Source: Camelus dromedarius
Lineage: Eukaryota
Length of the DNA: 64,000 bases
Assembly: GCF_036321535.1 (NCBI RefSeq)
Contig: NC_087436.1
Span: 39,186,001-39,250,000, forward strand
Direction: 5' to 3'
A model generated the notes under the pieces. That model saw only the letters and a list, made by a program, of their open reading frames with translations, searched no databases and was not told the origin of the DNA. Numbering within the stretch: position 1 is the first letter of the stretch; every line of letters begins with the position of its first letter. Position numbers and translations under genes: made by a program. This document shows, piece by piece, positions 51,106 to 63,530 of the stretch.

Positions 51106-51659
51106 GGGGTGAACCTAAGACACTAGTAGAGAAATAGAATCAGAGCCCTGGTGAAACAACACACAAGCCTGTTTTTTATTTTATTTGAGATTTAAGAATC
51201 AAGTCAAGAGAAAAAAAATTATTAAGAGAAAAAAAGTGACTTAAATGGTTTTAAAAATGATCTTTTTAGACTAACTCTAACTCTATGCTATTTAAATCAT
51301 TTAACACTATCAGATGTTGTTTTATACTACCATTCATTCATTCATTCATTTGATTTTTCATTCGGCAGATAATATTTACACTATCTTTCTCAATTTTGAC
51401 AGCAAGGTAAGATTTCTGAGCCTAACGTGAACTGGGAAGGCATATTATGAAGCAAAAATATTCCATTAGGAATAACTTATTCTGCAATAATTTCACATTA
51501 GCTATCCATGCCTACCTCCTGCTTCTTTTTTATTTTTCTAATTTTTCACTCAAAAATATCATTACTTTCCATTTTGAGCTAATGTCTGTGATCGCTTTCT
51601 AATTATTCAAAAACCTAGAAGTTATTCTTCCTTATGAATAACATAGTAAAATACTATTT

Positions 51660-52560
51660 TGGAGAAAAATAAAGCATCACAGCAAAAGGAATAAACATTT
51701 CTTTTGGTTTCTGATCACAATTCCAATGTGTACCTGTGGAGGGGGGGTTCCCCATACCACCAACAAACAATTCTCAGGACACTAGCAGCAGTTCAACTAA
51801 ATTCTGACACTATCTACCAGGAGATAAGGGCTCAGGCCCACATGACCGCCCCCCACCCCCATTCACACACACTGCAGACATCAGTTGCAGCCCCAGGTTA
51901 TCATCTTTGCTTCTGACAAACTAACTATAGATCAGAGGTTCCAAAGACTCCACTCCTTGGGGTTGATTAATTTGCTATAGCAGCTTGCAGAACTCAGGGA
52001 AACACTTGTTTACATTTACCAGTTTATTAAAGGATGTAATAAAGAATACAGATAAACATTCAGGTAGAAGAGAAGGGTAGGACAAGGTATTGGGATGGAG
52101 CATGGGACTCTCGTGGCCTTGTCCAGGGCACCACTCTCGCAGCATCCCCATGCGCTCACCAACTCAGACGTTCTCTGAAGTCTATCTTTTGGGGATTTTA
52201 TGGAGGCTTCATCACATAGACATGATCAATCATTAACTCCATTTTCAGCCCTTCTCCCTTCTCAAGAGAATGGAGGGGCGTGGCTGAAAATTCCAAGCTT
52301 CTAATCATGGTTCTGTCTCTCCAGTGACTAGCCCTCATTCAGGAGCTATCCAGGAACTCACCCACAGTTGCCTCATTAGAACAAAGGCTTGCCTACCATC
52401 CAGGAAATTACAAGGGTTTCAGGAGCTCTGTGTGAGGAACAGAGGTCAAATACCAATATCAGAACTAGTGTTCTTATCACTTAGGAAATTACAAAGATTT
52501 TAGGAGCTCTGTGTCAAGAATGGGAGGCAAAGACTAATACATATGTTCTGTTATCTCACA
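51660..52560. mobile_element. MER21-group solo LTR, inverted relative to the 24.2-kb copy
   Basis: ATTCTGACACTATCTACCAGGAGATA, TTGATTAATTTGCTATAGCAGCTTGCAGAACTCAGGGAAACAC and an internal direct repeat AGGAAATTACAA..TTT.AGGAGCTCTGTGT; ends ...TCTCACA. Confidence 0.7.
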
Positions 52561-53184
52561 ACATTATTGTAAAATTATGTGAAATTTAGAATGACCAAAA
52601 CTGGAAAAATGCACCATAATTTCAATATCTAAACCAAACTTAATGTTTTCTTTACTTTTGGGCCACCAAAACTTGATGCTTATTAAAAGGCCTTAAAAAA
52701 AAGTAGCAGGCATCTTACAACATTAGCTAATCTATTTATGTGAGTTAAATTCCAACGAATCACCAAATGAAGCCACATGGATTAAAGTCCTTGTAGGACA
52801 AGTATATATTAAAAGTTTCATTTTCAAAAAGCATACTTTATAAAAGTGGCGTGTGTGCGTGTGTGTGTGCATTTTAGGACAATGAAGATGGAGTTAAATA
52901 AACTTATTAGAAAAAAAATAGTTTTAGGCATCTGATTTTTCCAAAACATTGGAGGTCGTTTATCTGTAAGGTCAGGGAATGAAATACAATGTTATGACTC
53001 ATGATGTCTGCTAACTATATATCATTTTGCTGGTTATGTTTTTGCTGATAAATATTCCCTTTTTTTGCATTTCAGATAGTACTGAAACAGCAGAAAAAGT
53101 AAAGATAATTTTTAAGAAAAAATGTAAGGTAATGTCAATGAATTATCAAAGATGAGATTTACATGATATCTTCTGTATCTTTAT

Positions 53185-53264
53185 TGTTGTCATTGGTGGG
53201 GCAGTGGGGTGAATAGGTTTATTTATTTATTTATTTTAATGGAGGGACTGGGAATTGACCCCAG
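53185..53264 (-). mobile_element. 5'-truncated vic-1-like SINE
   Basis: Minus strand CTGGGGTCAATTCCCAGTCCCTCCATTAAAATAAATAAATAAATAAACCTATTCACCCC. Confidence 0.7.
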
Positions 53265-53745
53265 AGATAACAGACCTTTTTCTAGGTGTTAAAAAATACA
53301 TCTACAGATGATGGATTTGATGGTAAACATTTGTCAACTCATATTTAACAGTTATGCAACTCTCTGACTATTGGAGAATCACTAATGCATCATCTGCTGG
53401 CCTCGCTAGGGCCTGCTGCCACTCGAGTATTTGTGTTGTTTCCTGGAATGCACGTGCATGAAATGCCATGTGAGCAGGTGGTGTGGGGGCTCTGCGGCAT
53501 TCCAGTGCAGGCGACAAGGAGCCCTGTGAAAGAAGACACCCTCAGGCCCTCCTGAAAGCATTTTCCCTGCTCATTTACGTGCCCGTTCTTGCTTTGAGGC
53601 TGAATGTGGTTTGGGGAGAAACCAGCTCTGTTATGAGTGCTGGTGATTGCAGGGCCTTGCAGAGCTAAGGAGATGCGTGCTAGCAACTCCGACTTTTTCT
53701 CAAAGCCCAGAGTTGCTGCTTTGCCCAGCCTTACAGCATGAGGGA

Positions 53746-54118
53746 GGATATTCATTTGCTAGGCCTCCATTACAAAGGACCACAGACTGGGTGACTTCAA
53801 GAACAGAAATTTATTTTCTCACATTTCAGGAGGCCAGAAATCTGAGATCAAGGTGTCAGCAGAGTCTTTTGAGGCCTGTCTCCTTGACTTGTAGATGGCT
53901 GTCTTCTCCAAGTATCTTCACATAGTCTTCTCTCGGTACCTGCCTGTATCTTAATCTCCCCTTCTTATAAGGACTCCAGTCATATTGGATTAGAGCCCAC
54001 CCTAATGACCTCATTTTAACTTAGTTAACCTCTATAGCCCCTATTTCCAAAATTCTAAGATACTGGTGGGTAGGACTTCAGTGCATGAATTTGAGAGGAT
54101 AAAATTTAGCCCCTAACA
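53746..54118. mobile_element. MaLR LTR (MLT1A/B-like)
   Basis: ACCACAGACTGGGTGACTT..AACAGAAATTTATTTTCTCACA..GAGATCAAGGTGTCAGCAG..CAGTCATATTGGATTAGAGCCCACCCTAATGACCTCATTTTAAC. Confidence 0.85.
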
Positions 54119-54560
54119 GAGAGGCATAGCATACAGACAGCCAAACTGCAAGTTAGTTTCCTTTTCCAATACACAAGAATTTATAGAGTATGTGACAGGA
54201 TAATTTTTGAGATTTTGATAGTTGTGTTTGCTCTTAAGATTTCTCCTTTCTTCTTATTTCAAGAAAGTAGTCAGACCTTTACAATTTCCTTAACTCGAGG
54301 ATTTTCTGAGCAGAAACAGAAGGTGTTAACAGCGATTCACAGTCTTGTAAGGTCTAAGTGCCATAAAATTATTTTGCAAGGTATCCCAGAGCAGTGCCCT
54401 TGAGAAAAGCAGGGGAGGCTGTTAGTCCTGACTGGGAGGGTCTAGTGGTCTGTGGGTCTCTCGAGGAGTGCAGACTGCCATGCTGCTGTCAGGGAAAGAA
54501 GGGCAAGGCCTCAGAGGGAAACAGCTGCAGGGTCTTTTAAAGGTAGATGTGGCAGGAGCC

Positions 54561-54676
54561 GGGGGTGAGGGGGTATGTCTCAGTGCTAGAGCACATGCTT
54601 AGCATGCACGAAGTCCTGGGTTCAATCCCTAGTTCCTCCATTATGAAAATGAAGAAATTTTTTTTTTTTTAAAAAG
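54561..54676 (+). mobile_element. vic-1-like camelid SINE
   Basis: GGGGGTATGTCTCAGTGCTAGAGCACATGCTTAGCATGCACGAAGTCCTGGGTTCAATCCCTAG (tRNA A and B boxes). Confidence 0.85.
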
Positions 54677-54969
54677 AATGAAATGAAAGGTTTAGCTGCT
54701 GGACACCAATAGCAGGGCTCCTTCTCACATGCGTGTTACAGAAGCTGCAGTTGGGGCCTGTCTGCTGGTCAAGACCATGGACAGTCCGGTGACTGATGAC
54801 CTGATCCTCTGTTGCAAACCCCTGGAAGGAAGGGGCCCTAACCATACCCGAGACTGGCTTTCTGCCAACCCAGTGAAATGGGAGACTAGAGTTGGAATAA
54901 CTTGATTACAATGATAAAACCATATTCATAGCTAATTAAAAAGATACTTATGCACTTTTGAGCTTATAG

Positions 54970-55340
54970 TTCATTCATTCATTCAAAAATCATTGGAATG
55001 AATGTGTGCCAGATGCTCTTCTAGGTTCAGATGGTGTAGCTATAAGAACCTCAGGCAAAATTCCTCTCTCTCGGAACCTACAGTTTACTGGAAAAGCCAA
55101 ACAATAAATAAGTAAACAAGAGAGCTTCAGAGAGAAAGGAGAGCTAAAAAGAGAGAGGAACAGGGTGACATGGCAGAGTAATGGGAGTGATACCCATGGG
55201 AGATCAGAAAAGGCCTCCCTGAGCTGAGACACAAATGGTAAGGAGATGGTTATTTGAAAGGCAGGAAGAATGAAAAGAAGGGCAAAAATAGGCCTTATCA
55301 ATACAAAAACGAGATGGAGATTAGTGTAGCTGAAGTGTAG
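54970..55340. mobile_element. L2 3' fragment
   Basis: (TTCA)n tail followed by ATGTGTGCCAGATGCTCTTCTAGG. Confidence 0.6.
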
Positions 55341-55349
55341 TAATGTGAA

Positions 55350-56370
55350 CCCATTCCTGGAGAATCTTTTATGAAGTTAAAGAAGCAGAAGCTCAAGACC
55401 CACCCTTCCAAGATCCCTTCCAAGGCCCCAGAAGGAACACCAACAACGTGTTCACATGTTCATATGCCTTTGTAAAATCTGCCAAAGTAATATACTTGAA
55501 CTGAATTTGGTGAGGATTGTTGTCTTTTTTCACTCCAACTTCCCAGCCAAGTGGTGGTGGAGTACCCATGAGCATTTTTGGAATCCAGCTAAAGGGAAGA
55601 TGAGTTGAAGATTTGTTCCTCTTGGTTTTTGATGGAATATGTTTATGTAGTTCTCAGTTACATTCATGTCAAGTTATTGCCAGCTGCGCCAGCCTAGGAA
55701 TGAACAGCTCCCAGGCATACTCCCACCATTTGTTGTGCCGATTCACCTGGTGTGGAAACACTGAAGGGCAGGGTCAGAGATCTTGTAACATCGACCCATT
55801 CTAAGATGCTGCCACTGTAAGTAGTTGGGCAGTAGAGGAGACACATAGGCTGAAATGTACAGCACCACAAACTAGTCTGTGGAAACTTTTTCAATAGCTA
55901 AACATAAAAATCTCCAGTGAAGAATTTGTTTCTTATTGATGCCTACTCAAATTCAAAGGTGTCTGCTTTCAGGAATTTGTTAGATAATGCAGCACAAACA
56001 GTTATAAATGCACCATGTATTTTTTTTTACTATTATATATGAAAAGTAGAATTTATCAGAATTTCTATGTTTATGGGCATAAACCTAGAGCCATTTTACA
56101 GTGCTTACATGAAAAGTCTCATGTAGTATGCAACCCAGTTATCACTCATAAAAACTAACATCAATTAACCGTGCCAGAGGCTAATGGAAAAAATGATATT
56201 ACAAAGTTATTGTCATATAAACAAGAAATCACAGAGAATTCAACCAAAAATGTAGGGGGGAAAGGTGATTCAGTTAAATAATAAAATATCGTTATTTATC
56301 TGGATTTTACAGTGTTTGTAGTAGTTATCAGCTAATTTGTGTGGGGTTTTTTCATAGATAATACTAATAC
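55350..56370. mobile_element. Ancient hAT (Tip100/Arthur-like) DNA transposon fragment
   Basis: CCCTTCCAAGGCCCC..GTGTTCACATG.TCATATG..TTTGTAAAAT.TGC and CAAAGTTATTGTCATAT..AAAAATGTAGGG resemble recalled hAT-Tip100 consensus segments. Confidence 0.5.
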
Positions 56371-59332
56371 TTTTTGGAGTTTCATAATTTAGTTATCTCT
56401 CTTCTGATCTTTTCATTTTTCATCAATCTTTTTACCCCCTCTCTAACTTCATAGCATTACAAGGTAAATTAAAATGTCTGCTTAGCCCTTAGGCTTCTGG
56501 AAGGTAATAAAATTTAAAATAGACTTACATTTACAGTGACAAAATATCTAAAGTTGCAAGAGTAGTATTAAAAATGCCTAGTAAATAAAATAAATAATGC
56601 TGATGAGATTCTTGAGTGAAGCCTTATATTGAAGAACCAAATTTTAGATAATTTTAAGTAATCTCTTAAGTTGGGAATCACTTTTAACCTATGAAGCAGA
56701 AATTTAATTCAAATTCCTGCATTTGTTGCACCAAAGTGATGCTTTCCAGACTAAACCATACTGTGCTGTTAATCTGTCACGAGTTTGCTATATACCCTGC
56801 CTTTAAAAGCTGCTTTAACTCATTTACTTAACAAATGTTTATTATTTCTAATGTTATTATTTATTATTTCAAATGTTCTAAGCATGAGGGATATGGAAAT
56901 TAACAAGTCAGATGAGGCACGTGCTTTCTAGAAACTCATATCTTTGTAGGCAAGAGAGACAACAAAGACAAATAATCCTATGTTTTGTCCGAAAGTGATA
57001 AGCACAATGAAGAAAAATAAAGCTGTCAGTGTGAGGTAGGGAGAGACTGGCTACTTCAGGGGAAGCTTTCTGTTGTGAGGAGGTGATATTTGAACAGAGA
57101 CCTATCCTGTGTCGTTGCAGTAGTGGTGACTGGCACTGCTTATTTAAATCATAAAAATATTTGACTGAGCAAGAAACCATACGTCTACTTTCTTCAGAGG
57201 CAGCACGGGTGGTGGGGAGAGGTAGGAGCTGCGTGTGAAGTCAAACCCCAGCCCTGCTGCTAGTTTCTGTACAGCCTTGGGTGCATCGTTCGTCTTTTCT
57301 GAACCTTGGTATTCTCCTCTTTGGAAGTTGCTCTGAGCAGTAAATGAGATGTTTCCAAACACTTGTTTTTTAAGCAAATTTTAAACAAGTGCCTGGCCCA
57401 CAGTAACTTCTTAATAAATTTTTCCTTTCACCCTTCTCTTTGCTTTCTAAGACGATCCTTTCTGGATGGAAACACAGATGCCTTAGCTGAAAGTTTTTGG
57501 AAGGAGACAGCTTTTTATTGCAAGTCAGTGCAACGGACTTCCCACAAAAGTGAGGAATTTCCTGGGAAATTGCTAATTATTTGCAAGGCAGCTGGCAATA
57601 ACTAAGCAGAGGGAGGGTAAAATGGCCATCACTGAGTTTGAGAGCAGGTGTTCAGCTGACCGGATTTCATTACACTTCATATCCCTTTGGAATCAAGACA
57701 GGCCTGGATTTGTGTCCTGGTTCTGCCAACCACTAGCTGGTTACCTTGGCTTCCATGACTCAGTTTCCTCCTACATGGAAAAGAAAAGGCTGCTGTGAAG
57801 CACTGATGACGCTGGTGATGCTCAGCACTGTGCTGGAGTCAGGAGGCACTCGGTTTATTTGGATGTTATTGTTATTAGTAGTGGTTTGTCACTTTTTAAA
57901 CTCAGGATGTTTTCCCATTCACAATCCTACCATGAAGTAGTAGAAACAGCATCATACCCTTTAACAGAACTGTGAAATGAGGTCCTGAGAGAGCATGGTT
58001 TCACCTGTAGTTTCATCCACGACTGGGATTGCATTTCAGTCCGAACTCCCCAGCATCTAGAATAGTGTCTGCAACTCACTAGGAGCTCAAAAATGTTCGT
58101 TGATGCATTGACTATCCTGTCTCCCACTTTTTCCACTGGGCTTCACATCTGGATATAATGGAATTGCTAGACCAGACAGGGATTTGGGAGATTCTTTTTC
58201 TATCCTTCAAACAGGGGAATCCCCCTGGCCTTCCAACGTGGCGAGTGAACCAACTTCTACAGACCCTGGATTTTGAGTTTTCTGAAGATAATAGTAGCTG
58301 CTCAGTAAATACACATGAAATGAAATTGCATAGAATCAAATTGAATTAAATGGAAACACAGTAAACGCAAACTTAAAACTAACATATTAAACCTGATTTG
58401 GACTTTATTTCCAGATTTCAACTTTTGTCGACCAACAAATGGAGTGACAAGGAACAATGCTTTTTTCATCTTTCATAACTTTCTCTTTGGAATCTTGAAG
58501 CGGTTATAAAGCCCCACCAAGTAAGTGTCATTTTCTAGACCCTCTGGGGAGAGGGAAACGTGGCAGCCAGGTGAAGCAAATTGCCTGAGGTCACCCTGGC
58601 ATCAGTGAAAGTGCAAACCAGACTCAGAGCCCTCTTACCCCACCAGTGGTGCACAGAAAAAGCTATATGGAGGACACTTAGGCCATTGCCCTGACCACGT
58701 ATTCAGGGGGTTTTCCTGCATTTTGTTTTCCAGCACTTTGGCAAACCTGGCCTTAAATATCTCTAGGGATAGCATTTCCTTCCACTTTCCTTCTTCCCAA
58801 CTTGGGTAATGATGCCAGCATCCAAAAGCTTCAACTGCCAGGAGAAGTTTGTCCATCATTTAAAGTGTAACTTCCAGATCTCTTTTCCTATTTCTATTCT
58901 CCTTATTACTATATATTTCTTCGTTTTTTAGTGTTGATATTAGTAATGATTAGGATTATTGGGAATACGGCCATCATATGTAAAAAATTCCTTCTCTGCA
59001 AGAAGTTTAAATGCCATTGAAAACTTTTTTTTACATCTTTATAAAGTAGGTTTTTATTTATTTATTTATTTTTTTATAAAGTAGGTTTTTTTAAAAATCA
59101 AAATATCAAAGTAATGTTTGAGCAAGTCATCTGTTCTGCAAGATATCTGTAGAATTTTAGGAAAATGTAAGAAAAGTTTTTGAAAGACATACATAAATAA
59201 ACATGCATAAAAATTTGCACAGTTTGACAATTTTAAAATGTAACATTATGTTATCATTATAGGAAAATTTAATGCACACATGAGATATTTCAATACATTG
59301 TTTCTGATGTATCTCATTCATGAGTGCATTTT

Positions 59333-59571
59333 TAATGAAATATAGTCATCTTACAATGTGTTAATTTCTAGTGTATAGCATAATATTTCAGTTGTACATA
59401 TATATTCCTTTTCATATTCTTTTTCACTATAGGGTATTACAAGATATTGAATATAGTTCCCTGTGCTATACAGTAGAACCTTGTTGTTTACCTATTTTAT
59501 ATATAGTATCAGCAAATCTTGAATTCCCAATTTATCCCTCCACCTACCCCCACCCCCCTGGTAACCATAAG
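59333..59571 (-). mobile_element. Short L1 3' end with TSD
   Basis: TTACAAGATATTGAATATAGTTCCCTGTGCTATACAGTAG. TSD TTCATGAGTGCATTTT 59317-59332 / TTCATGAATGCATTTT 59572-59587. Confidence 0.88.
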
Positions 59572-60427
59572 TTCATGAATGCATTTTAAAAATCCAAGAA
59601 TCACCTGAATTTAGATAATCAATTTGAAAAGCTGTAAAATCCAGACCAAGTGTGTTATATTTTTGGAGGAATAAAATATTTTAACAAGTGCAGGCAATTA
59701 AAAAACACATACATGTGAAATCCAACAGAGCCACTGCACGGAAATGTCAAGAAAGATTATGTCTCTTAGTCTAACATTTTTTGTTAAGTAAGTAGTTTTT
59801 TAAGAGGTAGAAGAGGAGTGGATTAAGTCACTGTAACTTTTACTCCTATGAAGTACACACTCAAAGTTAAGCATGACAGAACCTGACTCGGAGGGAAATT
59901 TTCAGTTCAAAAAAAAAAATCAGATAATGATCATTAAAACTGATTTCACTCCATTCTTTCCAAATCATCTTATCCTGCCTTAGCAATAAATGAAATACAG
60001 ATGTTGGAATAAGGCGAGATACTTTGTTTTAAGCCTAGTAAAGCAGAGGCATGCTTTCTAGTTAGTATAACTATTCATTTGAAAAACAAACCCTTTAGTT
60101 TCTTTACAAAATTATTTTGGCTAAGGAAACCCTGGGACAGAAATCGTTAAGAATTACCAATAACCCTCAGGAGACAAGCAAATAAATAACAGATACTACC
60201 CAGGTACAGTGGCAACTCAGAATCATAAAATAACCCAGTTTCAGAATTTTAAATAACTTTTGTTCGAAGACTGATAAGATTTACAGTATGATAAATGTGC
60301 TTTTGCCACAGAATTAACGAAATTACAAACTTACACACATTAATATTCAAGATGCAAAATGAGTTCAGGATAACATCTGACTAACAATGTTCCTCATAAA
60401 AGATTAGCAGAACAAATCATTAAGAAC

Positions 60428-60835
60428 AATAACACGGATGGACCTAGTGATGATCATACTGAGTGAAGTAAGTCAAAGACAGATATCATATGATATCACT
60501 GATATGTGGAATCTATAAAAAAAAGACACAAATTTTATTTACAAACCAAAAACAGACTCACAAACAGGAAACAAACTATGGTTACCAAAGGGGAAAGGGT
60601 GGGGAGAGCTAAGTTAGGGGTTAGGGGTTAACAGACACACATGTTACTGTATATAAAGTAGATAAACAACAAGGACCTAATGTATATCACAAGGAACTAT
60701 ATTCAATTTCTTGTAATAACATATAATGGAAAAGAATCTGAAAACAAAAAATATATATGTATGTATATGTATAACTGAATCACTTTGCTGTACACCTGAA
60801 ACTAACATTGTAAATCAATTACGTTTCAATAAATT
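60428..60835 (+). mobile_element. L1 3' UTR fragment
   Basis: GGATGGACCTAG..ATCATACTGAGTGAAGTAAG...ATAACTGAATCACTTTGCTGTACACCTGAAACTAACA. Confidence 0.88.
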
Positions 60836-61669
60836 TTTTTAATGATAAGATTTTGATGTGGAAGCATATAGGCAGCAGCTGTATTTGGTAGACAGGGTAC
60901 ATAAATATTATTTTAGTCCAAGGACAACTAATCTCAACAACTTGGAACTAGTAAATAATTTCATTTCTTTGAAGTATGAGTCCATTTGTGACATACAGTT
61001 ATACTAATTATCACTTGTGCCTATCATTTGTGCCTATGAAAGGCGGGGAAGAAAAATGTAACTATTTCAAGGGTTATCTACTTTTGAAAGAAATTCAGTG
61101 GAAGGCATTCTTATTATCAAACAATACATTATCAAACATACATGAAATATAAATGATTACATTCTTCAGATAAGTTTTGAAGAGTACACATGTAATGTAA
61201 ATATGTGTAATGTAAAAAGATATATAAGGAATTCTATTAACAGAAAGATGAATGACCATCTTTCATAAATATACTTCTTTTAATCTGTAGGAATGACTAA
61301 TTTGTCCTGATGCACTTATTCACTTTGACCTAGTCTCCTTGGAACAAATAATACATTTTAATTGCAACACAGGTAGTGTAAGAGGAAGTCTGTGACTGAA
61401 AAAAACTAAACTAATAGGTACAGCCAGGAATTGGGTCCATATTCTTAAAATTACACTCTTTGGCATTATTCTTTAACCAACCTTGCCATTTGACCTAAAT
61501 GATACATAACAATGCAGACAACTACAGCAAAGTCTTTCATTGTCATTTGAAAGAAAATGACTGAGTTCAATATATATTTTTACATAATCTAAGAAAATTT
61601 GAACATGCAGTCATCCAGCCATAACATATTAGACCTAGAGATACAGCTTTCAAGGTGTCCAAGATCTAG

Positions 61670-61855
61670 AGCAAAGACCAGCAAACTGTGGTCCAAGGGC
61701 CATAGATCTCTGGCAGCCACTCTGCACTCTTAGTGCAAGAGCACCTGCGGACAATATGTAAATGATGGGGTGACTATGTTGTCGTAAAACTGTATTCCCA
61801 GAATAGGCAAGAGCTGGATTTGGCCCATGGGCTGAATATTGTTGATGATTTGGTT
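61670..61855. mobile_element. MER58A-like hAT-Charlie MITE
   Basis: CAGCAAACT...GACAATATGTAAATGATGGGGTGACTATGTT...GCTGGATTTGGCCCATGGGCTG. Confidence 0.65.
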
Positions 61856-62181
61856 AGAATAAATGAAAAAAACAGAACTAAATCAATGAATTTTTTAAAA
61901 GAGAGTTCTTTGGAATTGTGTCCTGAATGTTAGGGGATAACTTTCAGCAGAACAAAATTCCCACAGAAAACTACTGGAAAAGCCAAATAAAAATTTTTTA
62001 AAAATCTATTTAAAGATTTCAGAAGTGCTGAACCTAACCTACCTAGTCCTAACTAGGATTAGGAACTGCCAAAATTTCAGAGAAGGGCAAGAAGCTGAGA
62101 GTATAGCCTTTGCCCAAAGAGAGGACTGCTGCTGGGAGCAAAGAAATCAGCAGAGCCTTCATTGAGCTCATGGAGCTAGGG

Positions 62182-62406
62182 CAGTAGTGCTCAACCAAGG
62201 GTAATTTTCCTTGCAGGGGACATTTGACGATGTTTGGGGGCACTTTTGACTGTCATGATGTGGGTTAGGGGATGGTTTGCTGTGGCATTTAGTGAGTAGA
62301 GGCCAGGATGCAGCTAAACACCCTACAATGCACAGGACAGCCCTCCATCCCCAACGAGAAATTATCTGGTCCAAAATGTCAATAGTACCTCAGTTGTAAA
62401 ATCCTG
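62182..62406. mobile_element. MER20 hAT-Charlie element
   Basis: CAGTAGTGCTCAACC..GGGGACATTTGAC..GTAGAGGCCAGGATGCAGCTAAACACCCTACAATGCACAGGACAGCCC..CCAAAATGTCAATAGT. Confidence 0.88.
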
Positions 62407-62456
62407 GACTACAGAAACAAAACGAAATTGGAGGCTTAGAATCTTAGACACATACA

Positions 62457-62460
62457 CGCG

Positions 62461-62504
<44 letters not shown>
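62457..62504. repeat. (CG)6(CA)18 compound microsatellite
   Basis: Direct reading. Confidence 0.95.
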
Positions 62505-62506
<2 letters not shown>

Positions 62507-63177
62507 AAAGTGTATATTATTCTTATTTCTGGTTTGGTTCAGACATTTGCTAGGGATCATTTTGTTTAGATACTTACATTCTCAGGTATGGAAGTTTCCT
62601 GCCCCTATTAAATCCCATGCATGAAGTGTTCTGAACCATCTTCATTCACTCAGGTCCCAGTCCCACCTCAGCAACATTCATCCTCAGCAAAGCGGCTCAT
62701 CACTTACCCTATTTGATTAAAATCATCCTACCAATGCTTTGTCTACTGCCTTCCTGTCCACATATTTTTTTCTAACTTCACTCATTCTTTTCCATCTTTA
62801 AGAATGTATTTCTTTTTTATCAAGAAAATGGCTTATCTCCTTTCTCCCATCTCCTTCTCCTTCAAAATCACTTTTTCTTTACCCTGCTATCTTTCTAGGT
62901 TATTCCCGATCCCTCTCCTTCTTTTTTAGCCAAAGTCATGGAAAGAGCAGTCAACATGAACTGTGTCCACTTCATTATAATCCAGAGACTGTTTCAGTGA
63001 CTCTCTGCAAATGCCTTTTTAGTCAAATCTCAGCTGTAAAACCAATGGTCTTCCTTTAGTCACAATACTTACTGTTCAAGATCTCCTGTGTCCTCCTCTG
63101 ACACTAACTTTATTCCCCTTCTATCATCATTTTTTTGCCCCGTCACTATCCCACCCACTAAATATACCCCACAAGAT

Positions 63178-63530
63178 TCTGTGTTCAGTATGCCAGTTAT
63201 CACAGTACCTCTCAGCTTCAAATCCACCCTTCTGCATTTTGTGGTGCTTGAGCTGGGACTCAGGCTGCATTTCTGTTTTGCCAGCACCTCCTTATTAGGT
63301 CTGCCAATAGGGGGCGCTAGAGGGAGCCTACAAGGCCAGAGAAGAGAGAAGGGACTTGGGCCTACCTGTTTCCAGTTCCTATAGCAGGTTGTTCCGATAG
63401 TGGACTTTGATTCTACTCTGTAGCTACTCCCACCCTTACAGAACCAGTCTCATGACTTCTTGCAGTTGCTACCTGCATGATGCCTTGGTGTTCTTACACA
63501 CCTTTTCAGTTGTTTAATAACAGAGCCAGT
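63178..63530. mobile_element. ERVL LTR (LTR41/LTR33-group-like) carrying a CTCF motif
   Basis: CCTCTCAGCTTCAAATCCACCCTTCT..GCTGGGACT..CATTTCTGTTTTGCCAGC..TTAGGTCTGCCAATAGGGGGCGCTAGAGGGAG. Confidence 0.6.

Noticed and set aside
52395..52545. Direct repeat AGGAAATTACAA..AGGAGCTCTGTGT as a CRISPR-like or novel array
   Set aside because: Only two diverged copies, internal to a MER21-group LTR in mammalian DNA.
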